From the NCBI GenBank assembly GCA_951406725.2, contig OX597830.1:17112001-17176000 (forward strand): a DNA stretch of 64,000 bases, written 5' to 3'. A model generated the notes under the pieces. That model saw only the letters and a list, made by a program, of their open reading frames with translations. It was not told the DNA's origin and made no database searches. The position numbers and the translations under genes are program-made. Shown here piece by piece: positions 12,800 to 24,905 of this stretch. Origin of the DNA: Octopus vulgaris (lineage: Eukaryota). Numbering within the stretch: position 1 is the stretch's first letter; the number at the start of each line of letters is the position of its first letter.

Positions 12800-13020
12800 C
12801 CCTTTAGCATTTAAACCAGCCATATCTGGCTAAAAGTATTCTGCTTGTTTTATGTTCAAATTGGCCATATCTGGTCTCTTACACCAACCCTACAATATCA
12901 TCTTAAAAATTAACAGCTACCTCATCTAAATCTCAAAGCTACAAGATAATTCATGATTAGTTCAAAACAATGAGGATGTGAAAGCATTAATTTTGGCAGA
13001 ATAATGTGAACACTAAAGGG
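12800..13020. mobile_element. piggyBac-like MITE; other copies at 13860-14079 and 25639-25849, partial at ~31255-31430, 32835-33030, 36460-36612
   Basis: TIRs CCCTTTAG...CTAAAGGG flanked by TAAA/TTAA; conserved ~215-bp body. Confidence 0.7.
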
Positions 13021-14955
13021 TTAATAGTACAATGGTATTTTACTAAAATTAAATACGAATTTATAATAAATAATTGTGTAGTGTGTGTATAAAGATGTAC
13101 TGTGTGTGTGTGTTTAGATCCATCACAAATTGGATCAAGAGTAGAGCAGTATTATAAGACCAGCATCTCAATTAAAACTAATTGTAAGAGATCAAAGAGG
13201 CAAGGTAAGACCCAGGATGGATTGGAAAGAAACATGTCTATGGAGGAGAAGTAATCTCTTATACAGCTTCTAATTTAGTAATAATGGGTACTGCTAATTT
13301 GCCTCACACATTTTGAGATGAAAGAGACATTACTGATTGATTAATGAATAAATATAATCTGTGCCGATAATTACAGTATGGCTTTTATGTACTCAAGACA
13401 GAGGAAGGCAAAAGCTTAGAATGAGAGAGAAATTGAACAGAAATTTTGCATTTGAAAATAAAAATAATTTAGGAGATATGACATAAATGAACAGATATAT
13501 TTAAGGGAGATATGGGTACGTAGCTGAGTGGTTAAGAAGTTTGCTATTCAATCATGAGGCGCTCAATGCACAATCCTGCCACATAACAAATTGGGTTGGT
13601 CTCTTCTATTATTTATGGGTAAAGTTGAGTAGATAGAAACTGTGGTGGAACCCTACTGGATGGACTGTACTTGTATCTAAAAATCAACTTTGTCATCCAC
13701 ACAGTCATGTTGATTTAACTTGGGGATTAAGTCTAAATTGTATGAGTGACTGTATCATTTAGTCGCTTTGTAACAGAATGTGTAGAGCAGTTTTCTTGAT
13801 CAAACTGGAATACTTATTTCCACTGATAAGAGATCCATTTAGGGAGATATTTTTTTAAACCTTTTAGCATTTAAACTGGGCACAACCAGCCCTAAGATTA
13901 TGTGTGTTTTATGCTAAAACTGACCAGATCCAACCTCTTACACCTCCCCTACAATGTCATTCTAAAAATATACAATCACATCATCAAAATCCTGAAGTTA
14001 CAAGATAATTCGTGATTAATTCAAAACAATATGAATATAGAAGCAATAACCTGGACAAAGAGATCTGAATGTTAAGGGGTTAAAACATTGCTGCTTCTCA
14101 CACAAAACAAGACAAGGGCATGATACATGATAAAGAGTGATGATGATGGGGCAAAACAGGAGATGAAAAGAAGAAAACAAACCCTATTAAAATTTTAAGT
14201 ATGTTAGGTTGGTTGGATTAACTCAGTACATTACCAGTACTTATATCAAACTATCCCCAATCCAACCCTAATGAGCAAGGAAAATTAGTTTAATCTTAAC
14301 TGATGGTTGATGTCGTTTTTGTGTGAAAGTATGGAATGACTGTTAATAAAGAACAAAATATTGATTTATTATGTTAATATTGTGAACGGCATTACCCTGT
14401 TGTCTTTCTGTACTGGACTTATTACATTAATATTGATTAAACTGTAAAAGACAAATTCTCAGAGTCAACACTGACAAGTCTTGAACAGAAATGAAAGTGC
14501 ATATAATAACTGCTTCTAATTTAGGGATGAGGCCAGTAACTTTGAGGAGAATGGGATTAGTAGATTAAAACAACCCCAGTATGTGACTGGTACTCTAATT
14601 TTATCAAGGCAAAGTTGACCTTGGTGGGATTTGAGCTTAGAACATGAAGAGCCAGAAGAAATACCACAAAATATTCATTCCAATGCTTTAACAACGCTGT
14701 CAGCTTGCCATCGTAATAAAGGAAGTAGTAATAATAATAATAATAATAATAATAATCTTTTCAACTATAGGCATAAGGCCTGAAATCTGAGGGGAGTGGT
14801 GAGGAAGTGGGGCTAATTGATTACATCGACCCAGTGTTCAACTGGTACATATATTACTGACCCTGAAATGATGACAAGCAAAGTTGACATGGCAGAATTT
14901 GAACTCACTGTAAAGACAGGAAAAATACTGCTAAGAATTCTGACAGCTTGCCACC

Positions 14956-14993
<38 letters not shown>

Positions 14994-16098
14994 CCTTTCT
15001 AGTATAGACACAAGGCCTGAAATTTTTGGGGAGGGGATAAGTTGAGTACATCGACCCCAAGACTCAAGTGGGGCTTATTTTATTGATCTCGGCAGCATCT
15101 GAACTCAGAGTGTGAAGACAGACAAAATGTCATCAAGCGTTTTGCCTGGCATCCTAATGATTCTGCCAACTTGCTGCCTTAATTAATAATAATAATAATA
15201 ATATTGGTGGTGATGGTTTTTAACATTGGCACACAAGCCAAATTTACTTTTATACTGGAATTGGTGGGGAAAGCTGATCCAATTAACTCAAGTGCTGAAG
15301 TGGGGCTTATTTTCATTGACCCTAACCCAAGGGATGAAAAGCAAAGCCACCCTCTCAGTATCTGAGCTCAGAACTTAAAGGCACATTAACTAAAGTCATC
15401 TAGTCTGGCACTTCATCATTTCCGCCACTCAACAATTTCTTACAAACACAGAGATGCATAGGATGAGGAGGGCATGGCTGGATGAATCGACTCAACTAGG
15501 AGTGGAACATATTCCGTTGATTTTGGAAGGATGAAACGTAAAGTCGACCCTGGCAGGATTTCAACAACAGCAACAATGAAACTATTTTTTTTTGTTTGTT
15601 GTTTTGTAAACTAATATTTTTTTTGTTTTTGTTTGACTAGACATAAAGGCATTTTTATGTTAAGGAAAGATATTGACAGTTGAATGAACCCCAATGTATG
15701 ACTGCTAATAAATTTACCAGCCCTCATAGCTGAAACACTAGAGAGAAAAAGAAGTGTAATGTCAACACCAAACAGAATCTAAAACAAATAAAAAGGTGGA
15801 GGGGGGGAGCAAAATACCAAAAACCAAGGGTCGATAGGTATATAGTAAGTCAAATACTTTATATCAGCATTCCTGCCAACACCACTGCCCTTCATAATCA
15901 TTAAATAAGTACATTTACAATTATACATGTGTCTGCGAGTAACATTTTATAATATATGTATATGTGTATATATATATATATATATTTATATGTAAGTATG
16001 TATCTATATGTTTCTCATATGATGTGCTGTCAGCAAAAAGGCCCGACTGAATGAATCCCTTGGTTTAGAGACAAACATATACTGGGCTCTATAAAACT

Positions 16099-16133
<35 letters not shown>

Positions 16134-16142
16134 CATACATAC

Positions 16143-16173
<31 letters not shown>

Positions 16174-16181
16174 TATACATA

Positions 16182-17015
16182 CAGGGTGGCCCAAAAGTAG
16201 GTTCACAGTTATTCAATTATCTCTTTTGCATTCATATGTTAACAGTTTAGATCTTGATTATAAAAAAACATGAATCCATTATTCTATGCTAATTCAGTTA
16301 ATTTTGTCAAGCTCCCTTTTTAGTTGACAGTAAGAGACTACCGTAACCAAGCCTCTGTGGAGGCGCAATGGCCGAGTGGTTAGGGCAGCGGACTTGCGGT
16401 CGGAGGATCGCGGTTTCGATTCCCAGACCGGGCGTTGTGTGTGTTTATTGAGCGAAAACACCTAAAAGCTCCACGAGGCTCCGGCAGGGGATGGTGGTGA
16501 TCCCTGCTGTACTCTTTCACCACTCTAAAGGCAATGCTCCAGCATGGCCGCAGTCAAATGACTGAAACAAGTACAAAAAAAAAAAAAAAAAAAAAAAAAA
16601 AAAGCCTTTCCTACAGCGTCGGTTTGGAAGACGGGGCAGCATCGAATGGCCACCACGTTCACCTAACACCAATGGACTTCATTTTTTTGAGGTGTTGTAA
16701 AGAACAAGGTTTATGATAAGAACCCCCCAAAAACAGTAAAAGAATTTAAAAGATTACACATCTGACACATTCACTGAAATTGATGGAGATCGGAAACTGT
16801 GCCGCAATGTGTGTCAGTGTTCTGAAAAAGGTTTGAAGAATGTTGCACTGTTGAAAGGGGATATTTTGAGCATCTGAGAGATTAAACATTGTCTGTTTGA
16901 AATGTGAATAAACAATATGATTTTAAGACAGAAATTTAAATGTAATAACATTTTTTTTTAAAAGAAATTTAAAGTGCCTATGTGATAATTGTAAACCTAC
17001 TTTTGGGCCACCCTG
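16182..17015 (+). mobile_element. Tc1/mariner-superfamily internally deleted element with a nested SINE
   Basis: TA|CAGGGTGGCCCAAAAGTAGGTT...AACCTACTTTTGGGCCACCCTG|TA. Degenerate WPPRSP..TPMDF...GVVKNKVY transposase motif at ~16645-16720; tRNA-headed SINE piece at ~16357-16600. Confidence 0.85.
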
Positions 17016-17028
17016 TATATATATAGAT

Positions 17029-17225
17029 CAGTGGTTTTCAACCAGGGTTTCCGCGGAACCTTAGGGTTCCGCAAGAAGTTACAAAACTGCTAAAATCGGC
17101 AGTAATTTTTAATTCTCCTGTGCAGATATGTGTGCATAAAACTATTAAATTATTGCACAGGGTTCCTCGAGCCAGTGGAATATTCCCTTGGGGTTCCGCT
17201 CCAGCAAAAAGTTTGAAAAGCACTG
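17029..17225. mobile_element. Second copy of the hAT-type MITE, 8-bp TSD
   Basis: Same TIRs and body as 7745-7965 with a short internal deletion; TSD ATATAGAT at 17021-17028 and 17226-17233. Confidence 0.9.
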
Positions 17226-18201
17226 ATATAGATACACACACACACATACACACTCAATATACTATATATATATATAGTATGTATATATACTTATCTTTTG
17301 AGAGAAAATGCACGACTGGTAAAATAGCAGTTTACACTAAATGAATGAATGAGTTGTAGTAGTTTTTTACTGCAATGTGTAAGTCTTGTGCATTGCGTTT
17401 TGTTTGGAAAGAAGGGAGGGAGGGGGGAAGACAGCAGCTTGTTAAAACAGAGAGAAGAGAAGGAAAAAGAAAATAACTATTAAAGAGGCAACTGAGAGAA
17501 AAAAAAAATACAAAACAAAACAAAAACAAAAACAAAAAAAACAACAACAACATGCAAACACACAAATAAATAAATAAACATAAATATAAAAATGTGCGTG
17601 TATGTGTGTGTGTGTGTGTGTGTGAATTGAAGAGAAACAACTTTTTTTTTTGTTTTGTTCTGATGACCACCTCTTCGGGGTGGCAAGCCTGAAGAGGTGT
17701 TTTCCATCAATGAACACCAAACACATTCATGCTTGCATGTGCGCGTGCTCACACACACAGGGATGTGGACATACAGATACGTACAGACAATATAGTTATG
17801 AAATTGTTCTCCACCTAATTCTCCCAAGAAACAAGATACCGTGAACCATTTCTCAGACAATTTTTTTCTCTTTCTTTTATGTGTCTTTTTTTTTTTTCCT
17901 TTTTTTCATTCGTACAAATACTTTCCCCCCCCCATAGTTGTTCATACTTCACATCTTTTTTCCATTATTAGCTTTTGTTTTTCCTTACTTTCTTTTGTAT
18001 TTGTCTAAACAAGTAATCGAACAAACCATTTGCACATTTCTCCACAAATGCAAACTGTCGTGACAGGACAAAGGGAGAGGGAGAGATGTAATATGTTAAT
18101 GTATGTATATGCACACACACACATGTTCAGACGAGGTGAAGGGGAGTTTAGGAAAAAAAAACAAAAAAAAAACACAAATAACAACCAACTTTGCATGGGT
18201 A

Positions 18202-20199
18202 TTAGGGATCTCCGGAGAATTTTTCAACCACTTCTTGAATTTTCTTCACACACTCAGCACTAACATTCATCAAGTCAAATTTGAAAAAACCCTTCTCCAC
18301 CAAACAGTTAGTGTCCTCAGCTGCCAAACAGGCAACTTTTTGAACCAAGTCCCTGTCTTTCGAAGAATTCACAACGTTCATTATGCCCCAGAGGATTCTC
18401 ACAGTGAAACCATTTGGCGAGACCTCCTCCAGTTCCTCGTGTGTAAGATCTTCCTGTTCAGATAAGGAATCTCCAATTACTTGTTCTTTGCTGTCCCTAT
18501 CCGGAGACTCTTCAGAACTGAGTCTAGCAGTGCTTTTGTCTTTAGTGCTGCTCATTCGGGTCTTTTCTTTATCGCTGCCCTCTGAGTGGTCAGCTACGTT
18601 TGGTTCAGTTTTCACAACTGGCTTACTGTTACTTGATTTTACACTTTCAATATCCTTCTTCAAACTTCGGCTTTCGGAGACACCAGTTTCTATTTTCTCT
18701 TTCTTCACAATAGATTTGCTGGCTTTATCCCTAAATTCCTTACTTTTAGAGTCCCTTTCTTTATTTTCTTTCATTTTCATTTCTTTCGATGACTTCACGT
18801 CTTTGGTTGCTTTCAAATTGTCCTTAGACACTTTGTCGTATTTTTTCTCTTTGGAAACATTTTCCGAAGCTACTGGATTGTCTCGACTAATTTCCGGAGA
18901 CTTCATTTCTTTCTCTTCCTTAGAGTGTTTAAGATCTTTACCTTCCTTCGGAGATTTCACACTGTCCTTGGGAGTTTCTTTGGAATCTTTTGGTGATTTC
19001 GTATTTTTACTCTCTGATTTTGCTGATTTATCCTTCATTTCTTTCGGCGACTTCATCCCTTTTCCATCCCTGGGAGTTTTATTTTCTTTGCCATCTTTCA
19101 GAATCTTGCCATCCTTATTCTCTTTCAGACTTTTACTCTCTTTACTCTCTTTACTGCGGTTATCCTTGCCAATTTCTTTCGCTTTAGCATCTTTCTCTTT
19201 GCTGCTCTTATCCTTTTCCTCTTTGTGAGATTTCGTTTTCTCTTTATTCTCCTTCTTAATCTTCTCCTTAGACTCCTGATTCAACTTGATCTCCTTCCCT
19301 TTCACATCTTTCCCATCTCGCTCCTTGCTCTCTTTCACCTTCTTCTCTTCACGTGAACTCTTCTCTTTCTCTTTACCCTCTTTCTTTGATCGATCTTTCT
19401 CTTTTTTACTCTCCTTCTCCTTGCTCTCTTTCTTCTCCTCCTTCACGTGATCTTTCGAACCGTCTTTCTTGTCTTCTTTCTGAGATTTTGTCTTTTTGTT
19501 CTCCCCGTCATAGTCAGAGCTGCCCGGAGCCGACTTTCTCTTCTCGCTGGAGCCTGCGTCGCTCTTGGATTTCGAACTTGACTTGTGGGAACTCGAGGAT
19601 TTGCTCACTGACTTATTTGACGATGAATCTTTGTGGCTCTCTGGTGAAGTTAACACTGAACTGCTGCATGAGTTGAACGGATGGTCATCATCAAAATCGT
19701 CACCAGCCTCATATGACGACAACAGTTTCGATGACTTCATACAATCTGTAGTTGATGGTGAACTGGGGTTACTGAGGTCACTGAAATCAGTCAAGCTGCT
19801 GGCCTTCTCACTTTTGATCTGCTGACTTTTAAAACTCTCTTCCTTGCTGCTCACTGGTAGAAGTTTCTCTTTCTCACTCTTCTTATCCCTTTCCTTCCCC
19901 GTGTACAGCTTGTCTTTACTCCGGTGCTTCTTGTCTTTCTCTTTGTTTTTCTGTCGATCTTTATGCTTGTCTTTTGACTTCTCCTTCGACGAAGTGTCTT
20001 TGCTGTCATTGTGTTTCTCTTTAACTTTGCCTTCTCCCAGGTTAATACTGAGTTTAATCTTTTTCCGTTCGCCTTCTTCATTACTGGAAGACTCTAAAGG
20101 CCGTTTTGATGAGGATTCTTTCGGAGACATTTTATCTTTAATTGACTTAGTTTCTTTCGAAGCAACACCGCTGGTTATCATCTTTTGCTTCAGTTTAGT
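18202..20199 (-). CDS. MLLT1/MLLT3: ENL/AF9-family gene, last exon (K/E/S-rich disordered region plus C-terminal AHD, stop codon)
   Basis: Acceptor TTTTATTTTCAG|ACT is phase 0 and in frame with the 659-aa ORF 18202..20181. The C-terminus DRDLVQKVACL..E...FFKFDLMNVSAECVKKIQ aligns with the ENL AHD pattern ERNVLQQIVNL..E...FDFDLFSLDETTVRKLQ. Total CDS 2421 nt = 806 aa plus stop. Confidence 0.88.
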   Translation of the reverse strand, partial: TKLKQKMITSGVASKETKSIKDKMSPKESSSKRPLESSSNEEGERKKIKLSINLGEGKVKEKHNDSKDTSSKEKSKDKHKDRQKNKEKDKKHRSKDKLYTGKERDKKSEKEKLLPVSSKEESFKSQQIKSEKASSLTDFSDLSNPSSPSTTDCMKSSKLLSSYEAGDDFDDDHPFNSCSSSVLTSPESHKDSSSNKSVSKSSSSHKSSSKSKSDAGSSEKRKSAPGSSDYDGENKKTKSQKEDKKDGSKDHVKEEKKESKEKESKKEKDRSKKEGKEKEKSSREEKKVKESKERDGKDVKGKEIKLNQESKEKIKKENKEKTKSHKEEKDKSSKEKDAKAKEIGKDNRSKESKESKSLKENKDGKILKDGKENKTPRDGKGMKSPKEMKDKSAKSESKNTKSPKDSKETPKDSVKSPKEGKDLKHSKEEKEMKSPEISRDNPVASENVSKEKKYDKVSKDNLKATKDVKSSKEMKMKENKERDSKSKEFRDKASKSIVKKEKIETGVSESRSLKKDIESVKSSNSKPVVKTEPNVADHSEGSDKEKTRMSSTKDKSTARLSSEESPDRDSKEQVIGDSLSEQEDLTHEELEEVSPNGFTVRILWGIMNVVNSSKDRDLVQKVACLAAEDTNCLVEKGFFKFDLMNVSAECVKKIQEVVEKFSGDP

Positions 20200-22925
20200 C
20201 TGAAAATAAAATCAAGAACATCATATACAGCAGATATTTAATAGCCAAATAGGTTAGAAACATCCAATGTGTTTGTGTGTGTGTGCACATGTATATATTT
20301 TTTGTTTATTTAGAATTACAAAAAACATGTTGGAAGTGTATGGAGCATAACATCTTTTGTCATATATAAATGTGATGACATATCTAGACCTCAAGTTTTC
20401 ATGCAATCACCTTATGGTCAGCTATATTCATTAACAGATTGTGAAGAAATTAGATCTACAGACAAGTACAGCCAAATATAACATTGATGGCATGAAACCT
20501 TCAGGTCAAGATATATAATCCTGACTACCTTACACACACACACACACACACACACATAGTGGTTAGAATGTTAGGCTCATGATTGTGAATTCAATTCTTG
20601 GATCTGGCAGCATGCTGTGTTTTCATTCATTTTACATTGCCCCAGTCAACCTGCTGTAACCGAGTACCAGAGACAGCAAAAAACTGGTGTCCTCTTCAAG
20701 GAGCTTTGCATTCCCAATCCCTTAAATGCCTTAGAGAATGGGATAAGCTCCAACCTAATAAACCTGAATACTTGAGATAGACTTTTACACTTTGCATGTA
20801 CACACATACACAGAAATATTCAACAGTGAAATGAAGACCAACATTTGTTTTTTAAACACATTGCAAAGGAATAATTATCATTAATAAAAATCAACAACAA
20901 TGGCTATAAGTGTTTTGCCATAGAAACTTCCAAACCATCATATTGATATGATGGTGTTGTTATTGTTTCAATCTTACCTGGGTTAGTATTGAACTTGCAG
21001 ATATGAAGGGCTGCACTGGAATTTATTGCTCGTTCTCTCATCTCTGGTTAATTAATAAAGCACTCAACAGTCAGGTAGGAGTGATACCTATTTTGTAGTT
21101 TGTAGTTAGGCAAGCAAACCTAACATGTCTGCTGCCGTAACACAATGGCTGTTCAAGTTAATGAGGGAACATATACAAATGATTACTTGATGTGCTAGAA
21201 ATGGCAGTTAAATTTCCCTCAAATCACACCCTACCGTTCAGAAAAGAAAAAGAATGCCATATTGGCTAACATAGTTGAAAGAACACTGCTTGAAATGAGA
21301 CAGCCGTGGATAAAATGCCCTTGACAGATTTGCTCAGTTAGGGAAACTTGGGGCTAAACAATACAATGATTGTTTCAGAGTCTTGAAGAATTCAAAGGCA
21401 AAATGTATGGCATCACAGTTTCTATAAACTTGATGAAATGTGATAGAGTAGCGTTGTGCATACAGCACAAAATACTTGTCTAAATGAGATCGCAGGTTAA
21501 AAAAACACATTCTTTGGGGTTAATGCTGTCTTAAGACATCACCTACCTTAGCAGACCCGTTGGATTTAATTGGTTTCATATCCTGTCTAATGGGTAGAAA
21601 TTGGGTGGGAGGCGCCGCCTGAAAGCAGAAACACTAAAAAAACTGAGTGTTTACAAGACTCAATTAAGTGGAAGAGGATGGGTATCTCACTGGTTACTAA
21701 CAGATAGACCAAATAGAGAGGTTTACATCTGGCCGAAATGCTAATGATATACCTGACTGGGGTGAGGTTGGAGGAGGGGTGGGGAGGATCTTTTTGACTA
21801 TTTGTATCGTGCTGACAGTACTGCATTGTGTTCCTGGCAGACTCATAACTACAGGTGGTCCAATTTCCATAGCAGTAAATAAGTACGATATAGAACTGCA
21901 GTTTCGCCATAGCAACGTTGTATAATTGAAAAAAAGTGTTTCATTAACATTCCTGGTTGAACAGGGGGAGGGGAATGATAGAAATCCATTCACGTGTATC
22001 CATCCTTCAACCACTACAGGTCAGTCAGCAGCGATGCCTCAATTATCCAATTTTTATATATATTAAAACTCTTAATTGCTTTAAATCCTCTAGTTTATAT
22101 GTCATCCCTGGTTACAATGTTTACACCCACTTTGATACTCCTTCATATAAGCCATGGGTATCTCTACAGGGTCACTCAGCCTGTTGAGGGTTGATTTAGA
22201 ATTAATCAACGCTAATCTCTGTGTTAAATTAAGATTGACCAACCAGCATTATATCCAACTCTTCCTTCTTTAGTCACGGAAGGTACTCTGAATTCTCTGC
22301 AACATATCTGAATTGAGAAAGTCATATTTGATAATATAGTCACAAATAAAATCTCTGAAAAGATGGGATGATCATAGCTAGAATGCTTTGTTCATAGGTC
22401 TACTCGACCAGGAGTGATCTGGGACTAAACAGCACTTATTTCTCAATTTAAATATTTAGCAGAGTATTCAGAGTATCTTCCATGACTAAAGACAGAAAAG
22501 GTGGACATGATGCTTGTCGGTCAATCACAGTTTAACAAGGAGATTAGCATTGATTAACTCAAGATAAATCCTTGTTCTAAAAGCATTAGTTCGATTAAGT
22601 TCAAGATGGACATCAAATGCATCCCTTTCACCAGCACAAGAGATACGAGGCGTTGTGCCACTTCTTCAAAATAACTAATAAAACAAATCCAAATGTCACA
22701 ATAGCCACATAAATCTAGAACACTGAAAAAATCCTGAAGTTACTACCTTTCAAAATATCTCATATATCTGTTGCAAATTTTTGATAACAATGAAATATTC
22801 CAGATTAAACTTGAAGAACTTCCTCTATCCATAGAACAAAATCTTAGCCCTAAACAAACTACACAGAAAGGGAGAAAAGACAAGTGCCTTTTTTTTTTCT
22901 TTGCTTTCCCTTTATTTATACTTAC

Positions 22926-23152
22926 TGCTCCAGCTTTGAATAGTTTCTCTTTGAATTCTTCAGTGGGGTTTTGAAAAGTTAATTTCTCACATCGTGAATT
23001 ATTTACTGCTGGGCCGCCTAAACCTTGTAGAAACAGATCATACTCAAACCGGATCTTTTTTGGCTCTTCTTTGTTTTTAAAATAAAGTTCCACTGGTAAT
23101 AAAAAGCCAGCATAACCTGATTCTGTCACCTGGAATGGAGCTTCTTTAACAA
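22926..23152 (-). CDS. MLLT1/MLLT3: ENL/AF9-family gene, exon 3 (C-terminal half of YEATS domain)
   Basis: Acceptor CTTTCTAG|TT completes the phase-1 Val codon; donor GCA|GTAAGT; 227 nt. Encodes [42 protein letters not shown]...[23 protein letters not shown], with the ESGYAGF acyl-lysine pocket motif intact. Confidence 0.95.
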
Positions 23153-23607
23153 CTAGAAAGAAGAAAAAAAAGTAAAAAAAAAACCTTTGAATACACTGAA
23201 ATAAAACAAAGAAATTTACAAACAAATAAATAATATAAAATTTTCTCTAAGAAAGAATACAGTTTCAGAGAAGATATACTGTGCTGAACTATTATAGGAA
23301 GGAATCAGTAGACTGTTGAATATAATAAAAGTATGAAAAAAATGTGAGTTGAGAATGTGGTGACACAAACAGAACCAAACAAGTAACCAAGCAAGTTCTT
23401 AGAAAAGAAATGAAAGTTTATAGTTATGGCAGAAACAAAGGAATAGAGCTTAATGTGAAAAGAAGAACTTTGTGTAAATCAGGCTGGCTTATCACTGGAA
23501 GTGCAGAAAGGACAATGCTTGACTATGGACATAAAACTGACAAGGGATCTGAAATCTGGAGAGGGTAGAAAGTAGTGAAACAAACTTCATTATCATCATC
23601 TTTCTAC

Positions 23608-23649
23608 GTCCGTTTCTGTAGAAGAGCATAGGCTCGAAACGTAAAAGAC
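23608..23649 (+). ncRNA. Degenerate minimal hammerhead ribozyme motif in a Penelope-like fragment (~23600-23742)
   Basis: GTC.GTTT-CTGTAGA-A-GAGC(ATAG)GCTC-GAAAC-GTA-AAAGAC: core CUGANGA with one substitution, stem II, palindromic ACGT stem III, GUA triplet. Confidence 0.5.
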
Positions 23650-23789
23650 TTTTTCTATTCCTGAGCGTTATACTGATACATATGTTTGTTTTCTACACCA
23701 CCTGTCTTCGTCTTTTGTTTTTTTTTGTAAACTCTCTATATATCTTGCTCCAACTCTTCATTTTGCGCATAATTTCTACAGCTGGATGT

Positions 23790-24225
23790 CCATCTTTTCC
23801 TTTGTTAGATGAGACATCCTGAGATCATTTTTCACTGCCACATCCATAACCTTCCTTGGTTTCCCTCTTCCACAAGCACCATTCACTTTTGAACAATGCA
23901 CTTGCTTATACAGCTGCCATCTACCCACATCATGTGCCCATACCATCACAATTTCCTCTCTTTACATGCTACTTAATCTACTTAGTCCCAGTTTGACTTT
24001 CAGTCCAGTTCACCGTTCATGCATGGCATATCTAGTGAAGCAGACTCGTCTCATTTCTTTCTAGCCATTGCAGAGCCTTCACATTTAAGGCCCGTGTCTC
24101 ACTGCCATGCAACAATATACTTTGTACACAAGTGTCATACAAGCTGTCCCTAACCTTAAAGGAGAAGACCACTGTTGCTAGCAAAGATAATAACTCCCTG
24201 AACTTTCTCCAAACTGTTCTTATAC
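23790..24225 (-). mobile_element. RTE-type LINE fragment
   Basis: Minus strand encodes a degenerate LYDTCVQSILLHGSETRALNVK RT C-terminal motif. Confidence 0.65.
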
Positions 24226-24226
24226 A

Positions 24227-24580
24227 GCATCATCATCGTTTAACGTCAGCTTTCCATGCTAGCATGGGTTGGATGATTTGACTGAGGACTGGCGAACCAG
24301 ATGGCTGCACCAGGCTCCAATCTATCTGGCAGAGTTTCTACAGCTAGATGCCCTTCCTAATGCCAACCACTACGAGAGTGTAGTGGGTGCTTTTACGTGC
24401 CACCGGCATGAGGGCCAGTCAGGTGGTACTGGTAACGGCCATGCTCAAACGGTGCTTTTTATGTGCCACCTGCACAGGAGCCAGTCCAGCAGCACTGGCA
24501 ACGACCTTGCTCAAATGGTTTTCATGTGCTACCGGCACAAGTGCCAGTAAGGCGACGCAGGTAACGATCATGCTCGACAA
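24227..24580 (-). mobile_element. SINE with (GAT)n LINE-like tail; other copies at ~4650-4866(-), 29150-29468(+), 39518-39760(-), 41014-41170(-), 41492-41750(-)
   Basis: Shared CATCATCGTTTAACGTCCGCTTTCCATGCTAGCATGGGTTGGA...GCTGGATGCCCTTCCTAA sequence across many copies. Confidence 0.8.
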
Positions 24581-24619
24581 ATTTTCAAAACACTAGTTTA
24601 CCTCTGCTGGTAACAAAGG

Positions 24620-24905
24620 ACTTCTCAAACAGAGTGAAAGTAACACACTGTATGACATGTGTGCGAACAGCCATGCTACACAGCAATGAAACATGGGCTG
24701 TGACTGATGTGGACATGCGTAAGCTTGCAAGAAATGAAGCTAGTATGCTCCGCTAGATCTGTAATGTCAGTGTGCATACACAACAGAGTGTAAGTGCCCT
24801 GAGAGAAAAGCTGGACATGAGAAGCATCAGATGTGGTGTGCAAGAGAGATGACTGCACTGGTATGGTCATGTGTTGCGTATGGATGAGGACAGTTGCATG
24901 AGGAA
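24620..24905 (+). mobile_element. RTE-type LINE fragment
   Basis: Encodes TCVRTAMLHSNETWAVTDVDMRKLARNEASMLR* and later WYGHVLRMDEDSC. Confidence 0.7.

Noticed and set aside
16357-16435. tRNA-like sequence (also at ~27430-27509 and 62850-62929)
   Set aside because: SINE heads, followed by SINE body and in two cases flanked by TSDs; not tRNA genes.
18383-19228. 281-aa plus-strand ORF and neighbouring plus ORFs to 20203
   Set aside because: Antisense shadow of the Lys/Glu/Ser-rich ENL exon; S/L/F-rich with no domain.
20978-21010. Strong minus-strand donor CAG|GTAAG in intron 3
   Set aside because: No convincing acceptor or conserved peptide; the sequence resembles a degenerate dispersed repeat.
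21743-21848. Exon-like segment in intron 3 (VMSLPGTQ...PTPPPTSPQS)
   Set aside because: The attractive frame is phase 1-1 but the intron is phase 0, where it reads TTA TGA at once. The acceptor pyrimidine tract is weak. Only RNA-seq could rescue it as a poison exon.
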